This document shows positions 12,401 through 25,317 of a stretch of DNA of 64,000 nucleotides, piece by piece. Positions within the stretch are counted from its first letter, which is position 1, and each line of letters starts with the position of its first letter. The position numbers and the translations under genes are program-made. Source of the stretch: Fimicolochytrium jonesii (lineage: Eukaryota); assembly GCF_025526975.1 (NCBI RefSeq), contig NW_026515683.1, forward strand, positions 310,001-374,000, in the 5' to 3' direction. The notes under the pieces are model-generated. The model made no database searches and was not told the DNA's origin. It was given only the letters and a program-made list of their open reading frames with translations.

Positions 12401-14911
12401 GACTTATCGGCCATCGAGCCAGCCTCTTTTTGCTCCGGTTTTCGCAACGCGGGTGTCTCCACCGCAAGCGGAGGATCTTTCCTGATACTCGTGGCCTCTT
12501 TGCTACCACCGGCTTTCTGAGATATTGCGACTAAGACTTCGTTCGGTCCACGCATTATGCTCCCCTCCTCAATCGCCTTTTCCTGTTTTCCGATTGCCTT
12601 CATCGATGATTTCTCCTCAACCCCGACCCTGTGCCCTGATTGACCCTTCTTCTGGAAATCCCCCCTGGCGCTAGCTCCGCCAGTTGTTCCTGCCGCGGGA
12701 ACAACTGATCGGAGCTTCTCAACAATCCCTAGTGTCGGGTATCCCTGTCGCGCAAGGACTGCTTCGTCATCCTCATCCTCAGTAGGAGCGATACTCGACC
12801 CAATCATGTGCTGCGAAGTGAACCCGGACTCCGATGGCGGCCTGCCTCGAATTTGCAACCCAGGCGCGCCGAGCGCAAAATCTCGCAGCTGCTGTTCCCG
12901 TAGATTGTGTACAAAACCTGCCCCAGGCGCGGGGTAAGGTAAAATGCCCAGCCCGAATAGTGGGTCCACCGATAGAGGTTCGCCTTCCAAGTCAAAAGCC
13001 CCAGGCAGATTGCTCAGTGCCCCGGGCTCACCAGGGAACCCTTCGAAACTTTGCTGCTGGACGTCAATTCCTTGACCCTGACCCCAAACGGAGGTAGGAA
13101 TGTTTTGAGCGACCCCTTCGCTCCACCTGCTTCCAGCACCCGCAAGGCCGTCGCCAGTAAATGAAACATTGACGTTCGGGAACATGGCGCGGAAGGACTC
13201 CTGCACACTCTGCGTTTCGCCGCTCGCATTCACTTCCATTCCATTAGAAACGTTCAAGTCCATTTGACTCTCTCCGAAAAACCTGGCGAATCGGCTTGTT
13301 TGTGGGTTCTCGCTTGGCGGTATATTCGAGTCTATACCCAGAGATCCCACGTCCTTGCTGAACATACCAGCGCCGATGCCCTCGAACAAGTCATGCGTGG
13401 GTGCGCCTCCAGTCGACATTAGCGACAAGTCGGCAAAAAACCCGAGCGGGTCCTCTCGGAAAGGATCGAACGGCCCAGTATACTTGGGATGTAGCATGTA
13501 TCCCATGGCCGTGACGGAGTGCGTATCATCCCAAAAATCTTCCGACACAGCTGGCGCCACATTTTCCCTGCAAATCACACGGGACGAGTCCCCTAAAGGT
13601 ATGATCTCTTCGGGCGACTCGCTGTCTTCGCTTAACGCCTTTGATCCCATTACTGACACTCCAAGTGGACCACTTGGCAACGTATCAAGCCGTTCAAAGG
13701 GGCTTGTGGTAAGACCTGGCGGAAACTCTGCAGCGGACGCTCGTCTCTTCCCACTCGTTTTTCTATCCGCAGTCGAGAGTTCTGGTGTCCGTGGTTGCGA
13801 GCCTGATTCCTCCACATCAAAAGCAATACTCCTAGGAGTCCCTGGGATGGAGCTGGGGGAAGCAGTCGTCGACGCATATTGTGATCCACTTTGTCGGGAC
13901 ACCGGATTCGCCCTGCATGTATATGCGTAATTAGGATCTGCACCGCAGTGTTTCCTTCTTTGCGATTCAGCATCACCCACCAGCTCGCAGTGGCCGGAAG
14001 CGCACTCGAATCCTTATCCTCCTCCTTCTTTCCACCGGGTGCAATCGGAAATGGTGGTGGCTTTGGGTTGCGTTCGCGCATTTGCATCCGACTATAGATT
14101 CGATGAGTGAAGGCCCAAGCACACTCGTGACGTTATCCGATACTGATCCAATACTGACCTCAGCTCATCCCTAGCGAAGGAGTCGGGTTCCTCTCCGGGC
14201 TCATGTAAAAACTGACAAGCGGGGTTTGGACATGCTTGATTCTTCAGGAAGTATGAGCAATACTTTGTTGTCCCGTACGTTGCACTGAAAAGGATGAAAT
14301 TCAGCGGAAGGTCAAAAAGTCTCGACGCTTGATCGGTGCAAGACATACCGAATGATCATCCCATCATATACACTTCCGTCAACGGATTCAATGGCCTTTC
14401 CTGCGTCCTCCTTTCTAGCGAAGGTGATATAGACGCCCGTGTTTGGCACTTGTGCCAACACTGGGGTATGCCCGTGCGCTCGCCGATTTACGACGACACG
14501 TAGGATCTTTCCATACTGCCCAAAATACTCTGACCCCTTCAGAAGATCCTCGCTTGCTAGCCTTGGTGGCAACCCAAGGACATACACCAGATTTTTTTGT
14601 ACAACTCTGGCATTTGCAAGATTCCTCTTCGCCAACTGATCTTGCTCCTTCCTTTCCCTCTCCTTTCTCTTCTTCGCCGCTTTAATCCTAGCAATCTCTT
14701 CGGCGGGTACGGGCTTGAACTCGACACTGTCTTCCGAGAATGGTCGTCGACATGCGGGGCACAAGCCGTTCAGGTTCTCCTTTATGTGGTTCCAACAAAA
14801 CCGACATATCTGGTATCCACACGGACATGGTTTGAAGTAACGGTCCGTAATGTCGATCTCTTCCATGCACAAAGGGCAGTCGAGATCTTCTTCACCTGAC
14901 GATAATGACAT
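9445..14911 (-). CDS. NOT4: CCR4-NOT E3 ubiquitin ligase Not4/CNOT4 with a very long low-complexity C-terminus
   Basis: C4C4 RING CPLCMEEIDITDRYFKPCPCGYQICRFCW..CPACRR, RRM (RVVQKNLVYVLGL..EYFGQYGKI), CCCH finger (YGTTKYCSYFLKNQACPNPACQFLHE); three short introns, then a terminal exon of about 1490 codons. Confidence 0.93.
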
Positions 14912-15431
14912 CGTGCAGCCCTGTTTTGACTGACCTTCGCTGTGGTCGCTCGGTGGCTTTTCAGTACCTGCCTGGAATGTTTTTGGTGAATGGGCCCACG
15001 GACATGTAGCAAGCCAATCCAATCAGTCCAACTTACCAGCCGCTGATGAGTGCCTGATATAGCCAAGTGACGGGAAATGCTATCTTTCGTGGATATTCTG
15101 CTTTCCGCTCCGAAGATCACTGCCAGAGTGACGATATTTTGAGCACATGTAGAATACTACCGCAGTGCTCCAGTTTCTAAACAGGAGGGCGGATAGCTCA
15201 GGAGTATTCGTACATCCGATCGTCGGCGCAATGAGGGGGCCGAAGTCTTCTGGAGGTTCGAACAGCGAGAAACAGCGAATTCCCAAATTTAATATATCTC
15301 ACGTGACTAGACCATTTAACTGCTTACAACGCGCAACAACCAGTGTCAACTCCCGTTTGTCATTTCGGGTTACTAGCATTGGCCACTGTAGCATTCCACA
15401 TTGGGATGCCATTGGCTGGGACTTAACCTAG

Positions 15432-15855
15432 ATGCCGCCCCGGCCACCGCCCCCGGCACCGCTCAGGGAGCCGTTGGTAGAGCACCTCCCTATTCCGACT
15501 ATATTGGCGCAACCGCTTCCGCCGCATGCTGAACCTTACATCGCCGCTCCGCTTCCTTCCGAACACCATGCGACCCCCAACTCGCAAACGTTGACCTGGA
15601 GGCTCTTACAGGGTCTTGTGCTTTTGCACACTCTGCCGCTGATGTATTGGATTTTTCTGCTTGTGAAAAGCTCTGTGAGGGGGAGGAGAAAGACTTTGTA
15701 TGTATCCTTCTGTTTCACTCGTTTTGTTGTTCTGGCTTGTCAATTCTTTGTGTCTGACCAAACGTCGCTGTCGCTTGTTTCTCAGTCAACCGGCACAGCG
15801 TATCAAATTGACGGACGTCAATAAACTGCGGCAATTGCGAAGAATGATCGACTGA
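15432..15855 (+). CDS. Putative small Pro-rich single-TM orphan protein (about 111 aa, one intron)
   Basis: ORF from ATG 15432; intron 15698-15785 (gtatgt..ctgac..ctcag) gives C-term TFQPAQRIKLTDVNKLRQLRRMID*; hydrophobic stretch LLQGLVLLHTLPLMYWIFLLV. Confidence 0.45.
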
Positions 15856-18241
15856 TACCTTGTCGATTGGACTACGCCACTTTTGGAGATATCGCCAACT
15901 TCTACCTGTATATACCCCTTTTCCGCCATGTACCTATGTAGTTTCTTGTAATTTTGCCGTTTTTTCTTAGCAATAGTAATTCTAACCTGGGCAATTGCGT
16001 CCCCGCCGCTAGCTTCTGTCTTCATCAATTTGAATCAAGCTGCCGTTTTGCCGGTCGTCAGCCGGAAACCCCGTGGTGAAGGGGACAAGATCGATCTTGT
16101 CCGGAACTCCACTGATTCGAATGGGCCCTTTTATGTGCCGCTGAAGAATAAGGATCAGGATTGTCAGAAGACCGTCCATGTTCGGAAGAGAACAATGTAG
16201 GGTGCTGAGATAGGCACATGGGGTATTCCCTGTCACTCTGTCATAACCCCTCTACGAGTTGAGATCGAAGTCCCCCCACAAGATATCAAGTCCATCCCAG
16301 AGTCACGTCCGTTGTCGAACATTCATGGCTGGCCGACAATCTCAAAGGTGGCAACAATTTGATCGTGTTTAAATAGCTCGCGATGCAGATTGAATCAAGA
16401 GGGAAGCCGCGCTTCCAGCGCACTTTACAGTGACGGGACGTAGAGGGTACTTCCTATCGTTGTTGAAGCGAAAACGACAGAAGCAAAAGTCGCTGTTTTC
16501 ATACATGACCTTCCTTGTCGAACCCAAGCAGTGTACAAGACTCATACTCGGTATAGGTCGGGCAACCATAGCTTGGGTGTCGGCCCCTTCCCTCGTTTTT
16601 GGATTGAGAATCATAGCATAGCTTTCTCTCCCATTTGATTTCGACTTTTGGCTGCTTGGAAGGAACTCGAGGCACCATGTTTCGGATGAGCTTTAAGACC
16701 CATCAGCCCTCCGGCTCCAATGTTGATGTGTCGTCAGACAAGCTACCGATTCAGATTGTCCGGTGGTATCTTCTCACTTTCACAGATTCAAACCCATCCT
16801 CTTTCTTGCGTTACGGCCCAGCTATTAAAATGAGATCGTCGGCTCCTGTCCAGAATTCGAAATGAGAGTGTTTCGACAGCGCGCGTCTCGACTCCGCCTT
16901 CCTGATCCTCTTGAAGTACGTTCAAGCCAAACCCACGAGAGAAGACTGCGGCACATTTGGAGCGCCGCTTGAGAGGCCCCCCAACATGGATGGTTGCGCA
17001 CTTGCATGTCCTGCCAAACACGATACATATCCATAGGCTCGGCCCGGAATGAAGACAAGGGGCTCGCTTCGCTCGTCTGAAAACACGATTGTTCGCGTTC
17101 ACTCCTAGCATCGCGCCTGCGGCGTGAAACTCGCTCCGCTTGCGCTCGAGGTCGCTCGAGAGCGTTCGCTCTGGTCTCCCTCGCTATCGCGGTGGTCATC
17201 ATTCAGCGCGCCTTGCCCATTGAGCTGTATGCTCCCCGTTGTCCTCGTCCGGTGAATGGCAGGTAGCTCTTAGGGGCGCAAACATGGTGACGCTGGTTAT
17301 TTGCGTCCATAAACACCCTGCAGACGTGCTCGACGGTATGCGTATTGATAAGCTCGGGGCCCCATCCATTCAGGTCCTCAGCAGCGTCATCGCCCATTGA
17401 GACGTATACTCGTACGGCTGGCGAAGAGTTGATTTATGCGGTGTGGAACGCTCTGCTGTTGGGACCAGACGAGCGCAAGGCTGCAGGACATTGCAGCCCA
17501 GCGCATGTTGGAGGACGACAGCCTGGTTTACGTGCTCTGATGGAGATTCTGGCAAGGTACAGTATGTCCAAGCGATATGAACCAAAGCGCAGGCGAGGGA
17601 CGTACCTTATCGGGAGGCAATAGCCTGAATGGGCAAGCAATGTATGAGGGGGGGAGGACGTTCAGAAGATGATGTGCAGTTGTTCTCGCGCGATGATGGA
17701 AGCAATGACCAGGGATGTTTGTGCTCTGTCATCGACTGCTCCAGACGTGCGATGCCAGTGTGCAATCGAAAGAAGCCAATGAGCTGGTGCTCATGATCTT
17801 GAAAGTGACGAATCGGTTTGAGGAGCAACCGAAAAACCTCTTTCCTTCTTCGTCTTACATATACTGGCGCGCCGAAATGACGAGCGACTATGTATGAGGA
17901 AGGAGGCTGGGAAGGAGGTGAGAAGGAGGAGAGGAGGCGTGACGCGTTCCGTTTTGGAGGACAGAAAGCACGGGCCCATCAGGAAGCACCAACTGTTGGA
18001 TGGCCGCAGGCTCGGAGCAAAATTGCAACCCCGAAGCCTTGCATCCCGTCGAGAGGAGACATCGACGCTCCGGCCACTAGGCTCGCCAAACCGCTCCTCA
18101 ACCCTGCTGCAATCCAGAGTTCGTTGGGGCTGCCGAAACCTGGCACTTTTCGACGCGAGACATCGACACTCTGGCTACTTCGTCAACTCCGCTACAAGTT
18201 AGAGTTCGCTAGCGCCGTGGAAACCACGCTCGAAGCACGGC

Positions 18242-21178
18242 ATGCGATGGACGTGGGTATTGGTCGCCTTGGGCGCCTCGGGCTGGTGCGTCGGACCGGT
18301 CCGTGCCACTATGACAAGGGCCAGACAGTTAGAGTTAAGAGATCAAACGAAGGAAATGTTTGATCACGCTTACGGCAACTATATGAAGTATGCGTTCCCA
18401 GCCGATGAGCTGAGACCTCTCTCGTGCACGCCGCGATATCGCGACGCAGATGCATTGAACTGGAGTGAGAATGATGTCCTAGGGAACTTTTCACTCACGC
18501 TTGTAGACGCTCTCGATACCCACGTTATCATGAACGACCGAGCAAAATGGGAAGAGGCCGTTGCCTTGACTATTAAACACGTTCATTTCGACTTGGACTC
18601 GAGGGTCCAGGTCTTCGAAGTCACGATCAGGATGCTGGGAGGCCTGCTCTCCGCACATATTCTCGCTACCGATTCAGATACAGGATTTCGGATACCATGG
18701 TATAAGGGCGAACTTTTGGAGCTCGCCCGAGACCTGGCAAACAGGCTTCTTCCGGCGTTCAATACTGCGACAGGCTTGCCGTGGCCTCGAGTGCATCTTC
18801 AGAAAGGAGTCTTGAAGAAGGAGTCGGATACGACATGCGCCGCTGGTGCTGGCACACTGGTGTTGGAATTCGGCGTCCTGAGTCGGCTCACAGGCGATCC
18901 GATCTACGAGAAATTGGCTCGGAAAGCCCTATTTCGCGTTTGGGAGTTGCGGTCGAGCCTTAACTTGGTGGGCAATGCAATCGGGGCAACCACCGGAAAG
19001 TGGAAGGATCCGACTGGGGGTATAGGGGCCGGAATCGACTCCTTTTATGAGTACCTTTTCAAGGCGTACATCCTCTTCAACGAGGCGGAGTATAATGACG
19101 TTTTTCAAGCGGCGTATGCAGCCGTCAAGCGGCACATTAGGGATCTGGGAGGGTTGTTCTACAAGAATGTCAACATACATAATGGCGCTTTGGCTGCCTC
19201 CTGGATCGACTCTCTCGCCGCATTCTTTCCCGGCCTGCAAGTACGGATAGGGTCGCTTCCCTGCTGAGCCACATCTCGGCCTCACGATTAACTTACCAAT
19301 CAGGTTCTTGCAGGAGATATCGAAGATGCCGCAAAACTTCATCAGGTTTACGCCACGATATGGAAGCGGTTCGGTGCTATGCCGGAGCGCTTCAACATGA
19401 ATTCACGGCAGACTGAGATTGGTTCCTATCCCTTGAGTATGTGGTCCTTTCATTCAACTAAACGGTACATCGAACTAAAGACAATATAGGGCCCGAGTTC
19501 ATAGAATCAACCTACATGTTGTATAGGGTAAGAAAGAATCGGATATCCTTGGCTCTCGGTAAAGGAGACTGAGTAGTCTCTCACAGGCAACCAAAGATCC
19601 ATACTACCTTGACGTCGGGGAGCGCCTCCTACGAGATCTGAACAACCGCACACGAGTTCCTTGTGGGTTCGCATCCGTATGGGACGTCAACGATGGGAAG
19701 CTGGACGACAGGCTAGAATCGTTTTTCCTCAGCGAGACCCTGAAGTATTTGTACCTCCTGTTCGACGAAGGTACGTTTCCTTGATTTGCGGGATTGTTGC
19801 GCGTTCAGCACTGATTTGCGGCCATTAGACAACTTCGTACACCAGACCATGGGAAACGGGGTGTTCACGACCGAAGGACATTGGATAACTCTTCCGTACG
19901 AACTGTTGAGGCCGGCCAAGTTCCAAAAGGATCGACCAAAAAACCTGTCCGCCCAACAACTCTGTCCTCGATTCGATGGGGACATCGCGGTGACGATAAG
20001 TACCATGACTACATCGGGTCCCATGGCGGTCTCTCCAGCCGATTTGCAGAAGATCGATCAGCTCGTGGGAGTTGGGGACTATGCGGTCGGCTTGGAGAAG
20101 CTGGTGGGGACATTGGGCGCAACCACGCAGGAGATCAGGTAGTCATGGCCGAGGCACCTTAGATGCAGTAAATGTGACGAGAGACTCATCACCTTTGACA
20201 GGATCGAGCCTCCCAATTTCACTGGCAAGCCCGAAGCACAACTTAGAAAGGTGGGGCGCTGTGAATCGACTGCAGTCATCGTCAGACTCGTTGCTAACGG
20301 TTCTACAGACATGGAAAGGTTTCGCGGTTGATCACCTGGCCGGACTTCGTTTCCACATAGCAGCATCAGATGGCCAAGCTTTCCAAGTGTTGCGAATCAA
20401 CGACATCGAATTGCGCGAAGGGGAGACCCTCACAGTCGTCAAAACCGGAATGTCATTTCTAGAACCAGATGCGGCGTCGAAGCCTTTCCCGCCACCGCCA
20501 CCGCTCAGCCCTATGGCCGCACTGGCCATCAAAGAGAAAGGAGTCGTCAATGTCGCCATTGCAGAGTACGGGCCAGCTCTATGGCCAAACGAACACGTCA
20601 CTGGGCAAATGATCTCGTTGAGCACCACGAAGATCCCCGAAGGGTGTGATCCTTACACGCCAGTAGAAGCCGATCGTGTAAGAGGAAAGATCTTGTTGGT
20701 GCAACGTGGGGGATGCACCTTCTCGGAAAAGACGGAGTGGGCTCAATTCGCCGGCGCCATCGCCCTCGTCGTCGTGAATGATCAGGAACATACGTTCCTG
20801 AACATGGCATACTCCGAAACTTCCACTGGCGATCTTGCCCTCGTCGACAACGTTTCCATCCCAAGTGTGATGGTATCCGGCGCCCACGGCGCCTACCTCC
20901 GCGAGGAGCTGCAGAAGGCGCCGGAGGGCTTGCTTGATGCGCAGCTGATTGGAGTGGATATCGATTTTGAAGGAGCTACGAAACGATCGGACATCAACCT
21001 CCAATATGCGGGACACTCGATCAAAAATGTCATCGTGGTGGAGACGTGGGATGTCTTTGATCCAGAGAGGAAGCAGCGCATACGGCAGGGTCTGAAGGGG
21101 GTGTCGCTTGGGTATCCTGGGGCAGGGATGAGGTGTCTGATTGAATCTGCGAGGGTCGCCGAGGTTTGCTGTGCGTAG
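18242..21178 (+). CDS. ER degradation-enhancing alpha-mannosidase-like protein (GH47 plus PA domain; EDEM3/Mnl1-like)
   Basis: Signal peptide; MFDHAYGNYMKYAFPADELRP, VFEVTIRMLGGLLSAH, GIGAGIDSFYEY, RPEFIESTY, ESFFLSETLKY, FTTEGH; PA domain GKILLVQRGGCTFSEK..AQFAGA. Confidence 0.92.
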
Positions 21179-21619
21179 AATAGGGAAATCCGCGCAGATA
21201 GCTCTAGATCCTTGTCATTTACGAAGTCACACCACCAAATCTCGCAATATGAACAGCAATCACTGCGCTGTGGAAATTCAGAGATTCTACAACTGGTCAC
21301 AGCGGGGGCCGATGAAGGAAGGGGCGTTGTCCCTTCATGTGATCCAGAGTGCCCAGGTCCACCGCGGTCGTAGAGCCTCATTTGCTTGTTTGCTCTAGAT
21401 TCCAGGGCACCCATGCTGGATACGAACAGGGTCCGACAACTCAGCCGTCAATGAACCAATTCGAGAAGCCCGCTTGCTCATTGCCACCGTCGAAACATTA
21501 CATGAGTCGGCAAAACCACGGGTACATATACAGGGGTAAATACAAAAAGGCCCTAGTCATTCTCCCTGCCATACGTTGACACATGCATGCGCGTGGAGAC
21601 GGAGACAGAAACGGCTTCC

Positions 21620-24022
21620 CTATTCGATTCTCTTCGCTTTGTAGAGGGCAATGTACGCTGGAAGGAGGATGACAGTCAGCAATCTCCTGCTTTACAAACG
21701 TCCTTCTTGGGTTTCCTTCAGGACATACCACTGTGCCAGTCCCCTCCTCCACTCAGCTTCTCAATCTCATCAGGAGCTACCTGCGAGACCTTGTCATCAT
21801 CAAACTTCCCTGTTCACCATCAGGAAAATGCGTAAGTTTAAGAAACAAATCAGAGGCCACGCAAGTTCTCAAATGACAACACTTACACCAAATTCCTCTT
21901 TGCTTGACCCAGCCAATGTAGTGTCCAGAATCCGCGGCACGGCCGACATGTGTGAGCACTGGTGATCGATGTGCCAGGATTTGAGCATTAGCGTGATCCG
22001 ATGCCATCATTTGAGAAGGTTGAAGCCTACCTGCTACTAGCTCGTATTGACCTGACACGTTTGCGCCGACGTCGTTATATAAGCTGGGATCTACTCCGAT
22101 TTCCTTCATCTTCTCAATCTCGTTTGGCCCGGCAACCGGTGCGTCTGCTACCTCCTCGCTAGAAGACCCTCCGTCTTCGAGCTTTGCCTTTTTTGCTTTC
22201 TGAAAGTGCAAGGCGTCAGGTTGCCATCTATGCAGGACGTTTGCTGATCGGGCGATGTTTGCGTACCCTCTCTGCATCCTTCGCTTCGGCCACTTCCTTC
22301 AAGCGGAGTTTTGCTGGGCGCAGTTTCTCTTGCAGCTCGATCGTGCAAAGCTCAGACGCGTCCAGCTCGTGTGGAAATTGCACTTTCTGGTAGGCGCCAC
22401 AGAAGTAAGATAGAGAGGTAATGCACACGCTGCAACGCTCCGTCTGTACATACCTTCAGAATCTTCGTCTTCTTGTTGATATCGGGTCTCCATTGGAAAC
22501 GCACGAAGTTGATGGCCAAGTATGCTGGAAGCCGTGTTATCTTCGCCTTTTTGGTGTACATAGCAGAGCGACCGAGGGTGGGCGAGTTCTTCTCAATAGG
22601 TTCGATTAACCCCTAAGCGAATGAGAAGCGTGAGTCTCGATGTACGCCGTTCCGGCCAGTATTGATCCAGCGCGCCTTTACCTTTGCGATGTCATTCATC
22701 ATGTATGTCGAGACTGTTTATGCCAACTTCAGTATGGCGGTTGAGATGTCGTCTGAACGCATGACAAGCTCTTTACCTCCCGACCCAATGTTGACGCGCA
22801 GCTTGTTGAAAGTTTCTATGCCAGTCACTGGCTGCTCATCTGGCGCTTCATCGCACGTCATTCTAGTAGTTCACAAATAATCAATGACTGATAGGGGATT
22901 CACAAGGAATCCGCACAGCGCTTACGTGGTGAGGAACTCTCCACTCATGTATTGTTCCACAAAATGCTTGTCTTTGTTGAGCTCGCCTCCCACTTCAAGT
23001 CCAGGGACCTTTTCGCCTAGCACATGCACAATCTGACTCCAGCATTCTTCTGCGTCCTGCTGCATGTACCCATGGTTGTTCATCTCCCCAAACTGTGGGA
23101 ATACTCCACGAAGGACCTAGGAACGAGCGATTAGATATGCGCTGAACGCTCCAAATCAGCTTAAAGAACCTACTTGGAGGAACACTAGTGGCGGCACAGC
23201 TGACCCGGATTTGTCCAGCTCGTCGAAGAGCGTTCGCATTGACACAACCAGATTTCCGCGGTTGTCGTTACTGATAGTCGTAGGCATCCTGTTCGGGAGT
23301 GAATGTCAGCATTGTGGACCTAACAATCCTCGTTTCGCAGAGCAATTTGGGATGACATACTTGACAAGCGCGTTGTGAAGTTCGGGGACGGCCCGGAAAC
23401 ATTGCATAGTTGCGTTCATATAACATGTGTTGCCCATGTTCACCAGGCCCGATGGAAGTTTCAGCTGCAATGCACGGTTAGCAGCGCTCGGAAGAACTGG
23501 CGCTGGTAGTCTCACTCACAGTTTGTGCTATTTGAGCGTCGCTCATGTCCTCCATAAAAACGACTTGCTTTTCCGGCGCTTTTGGCAACTCTCCCGCGGT
23601 TCCCATCATCTTGAAATCATATGAAATCAGCTCAACCGCTCATGCCAAACCGGCATTCATCATAGATCCACGCATACCATCAGCTGTTGCCCTTCCTTCA
23701 GTCCCAATTTGCTCATATCCGCATCATCCTGAGATGAGGATAGTTTGTGAGCGACTGCCAGCTGCTGCCTTTCAGGCTAAGATCATTGATGAAATACTAC
23801 CTTCAGAGTGCCTCCCTTCACCATAATCTTCTGTCGTTCAGGCGCAACCCCCGTGAGGGTATAGAGTTGCGTCTTGAAGACAATCCCTGGTTGAGACAGG
23901 TCCACGTCCACGTCGTACTTCTTCCCACTCCATTTCACAGCGACTGAAGGGTTCGCAAGATCAGCTTATGAACCTACGTGGAGAACAGTTCAGGCGTAAA
24001 TCATACCTTTGAGAGCAGACAT
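21620..24022 (-). CDS. UBP6: Proteasome-associated deubiquitinase Ubp6/USP14
   Basis: UBL start MSALK|VAVKWSGKKYD..LTGVAPERQKIMVKGG; Cys box GLVNMGNTCYMNAT; QQDAEECW; His box THVGRAADSGHYIGW; end LSGGGDWHSAYIALY. Confidence 0.95.
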
Positions 24023-24495
24023 ATTGAAGAGAGTAGGTGTATGTGGAAAGCGAAATCTAGCGTCAGTGAGGTCCCTGAGGTCCCTGAGTTTTTATTCACA
24101 TATGTGCTGGAATGCAATGTCAATGTCAATCCAAATTCTCGAAGGTGGGCGAAAGGACGCGTCACGGACTCACGGTACGACCTACAACCTACAAGGTGGC
24201 GGCTGCGCCACTCGTCCTTCTCCTGTCTTCCCATTTTCCATCTAAAAAGGCGCTACCAATTGGAATATTCCTTAAGTATCGCACCTCGCAACCACAGCCT
24301 TCGTTATCTTCTCGCTTGAGGTACGTAACTCAAACAGCCAGGAGTCAGAGCCTGGACAAGTCGGTCGCGAGACTAGGCTTCCAGGGAAGGTTACTCGCTG
24401 ATCGTCTATGTCGTTGAGATTGTTTCCAACACACACAAACTGACACTCGACTGTACAAACCTCTGTCTCAAATACAGATAGCGATATTCGCAAAA

Positions 24496-25126
24496 ATGAC
24501 CACAGCAAACTCTACGCCAACAGACAACGCCCAGCAAAACTCCAAGTACTTTCGGAAAGCGCTGAACGACCTCACGCCTAACAACATTGGGCAACTCAAA
24601 GAAGTGAATAAGGTTCTGTTGGGTGACGAGCTAGGGCAGGCGGTTTATGACGATGCATTGAAGGTTGGGGACTTTGCAAAGCTTGGTAAGCCCGACGGGG
24701 GTTTGTGGTGGCCCGCATGACACGCAGGGTGGGGCGACTGACCTTTGACAACCGCATAGCGCTGTTCAACGATATCATTGTGGGAGGAATAATAACTGCA
24801 AAGTCGACGGTTGCCGAAGCGAAGAAGAACAAGGTTGAGATCGTTAGCCTTGCGGTCCTGCCGGCATATCAAAAGCTGGGACTAGGTAGGCCTCTTCTCC
24901 CCTGATCGATAAAGCCTGAGATGTGCTTATATGGATCGTCCGTTGCACAGGGACAATGCTATTGGATCACATCATAAACACAAGCGAAACGCAGCTCGCT
25001 GGATCTGAGATTCACGTCCGGATACCAACGAAGGATACCGCCGCGGTGTCCTTCTTCACAAAGAGAGGGTTTGCGGCAAGCGGAGATCCTAAATCGGATA
25101 CTCAAATGTTTGTGCGCACCATCTGA
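24496..25126 (+). CDS. NAA50: Naa50/Nat5-like GNAT N-acetyltransferase, divergent
   Basis: LNDLTPNNIGQLKEVNKVL..FAKLA|LFNDIIVG..LAVLPAYQKLGLG|TMLL..AVSFFTKRGF aligns with recalled Naa50; two introns. Confidence 0.8.
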
Positions 25127-25317
25127 GCGCTTTCCTTACTCATGCGTGTGCGCCCGTGATCAAGGCATCGAGCCGCATTGTAGATATTCGCCGCAAGCAG
25201 CGATTATAGAATCAGATTCGTTGATAAGACATGATCCGACAATGGGCAAACCCCGACACACCGATCGACCTTGTCCAAAAAAAAGTGCATCATTCATTTC
25301 TTAGAAAGAAAAGAAAT

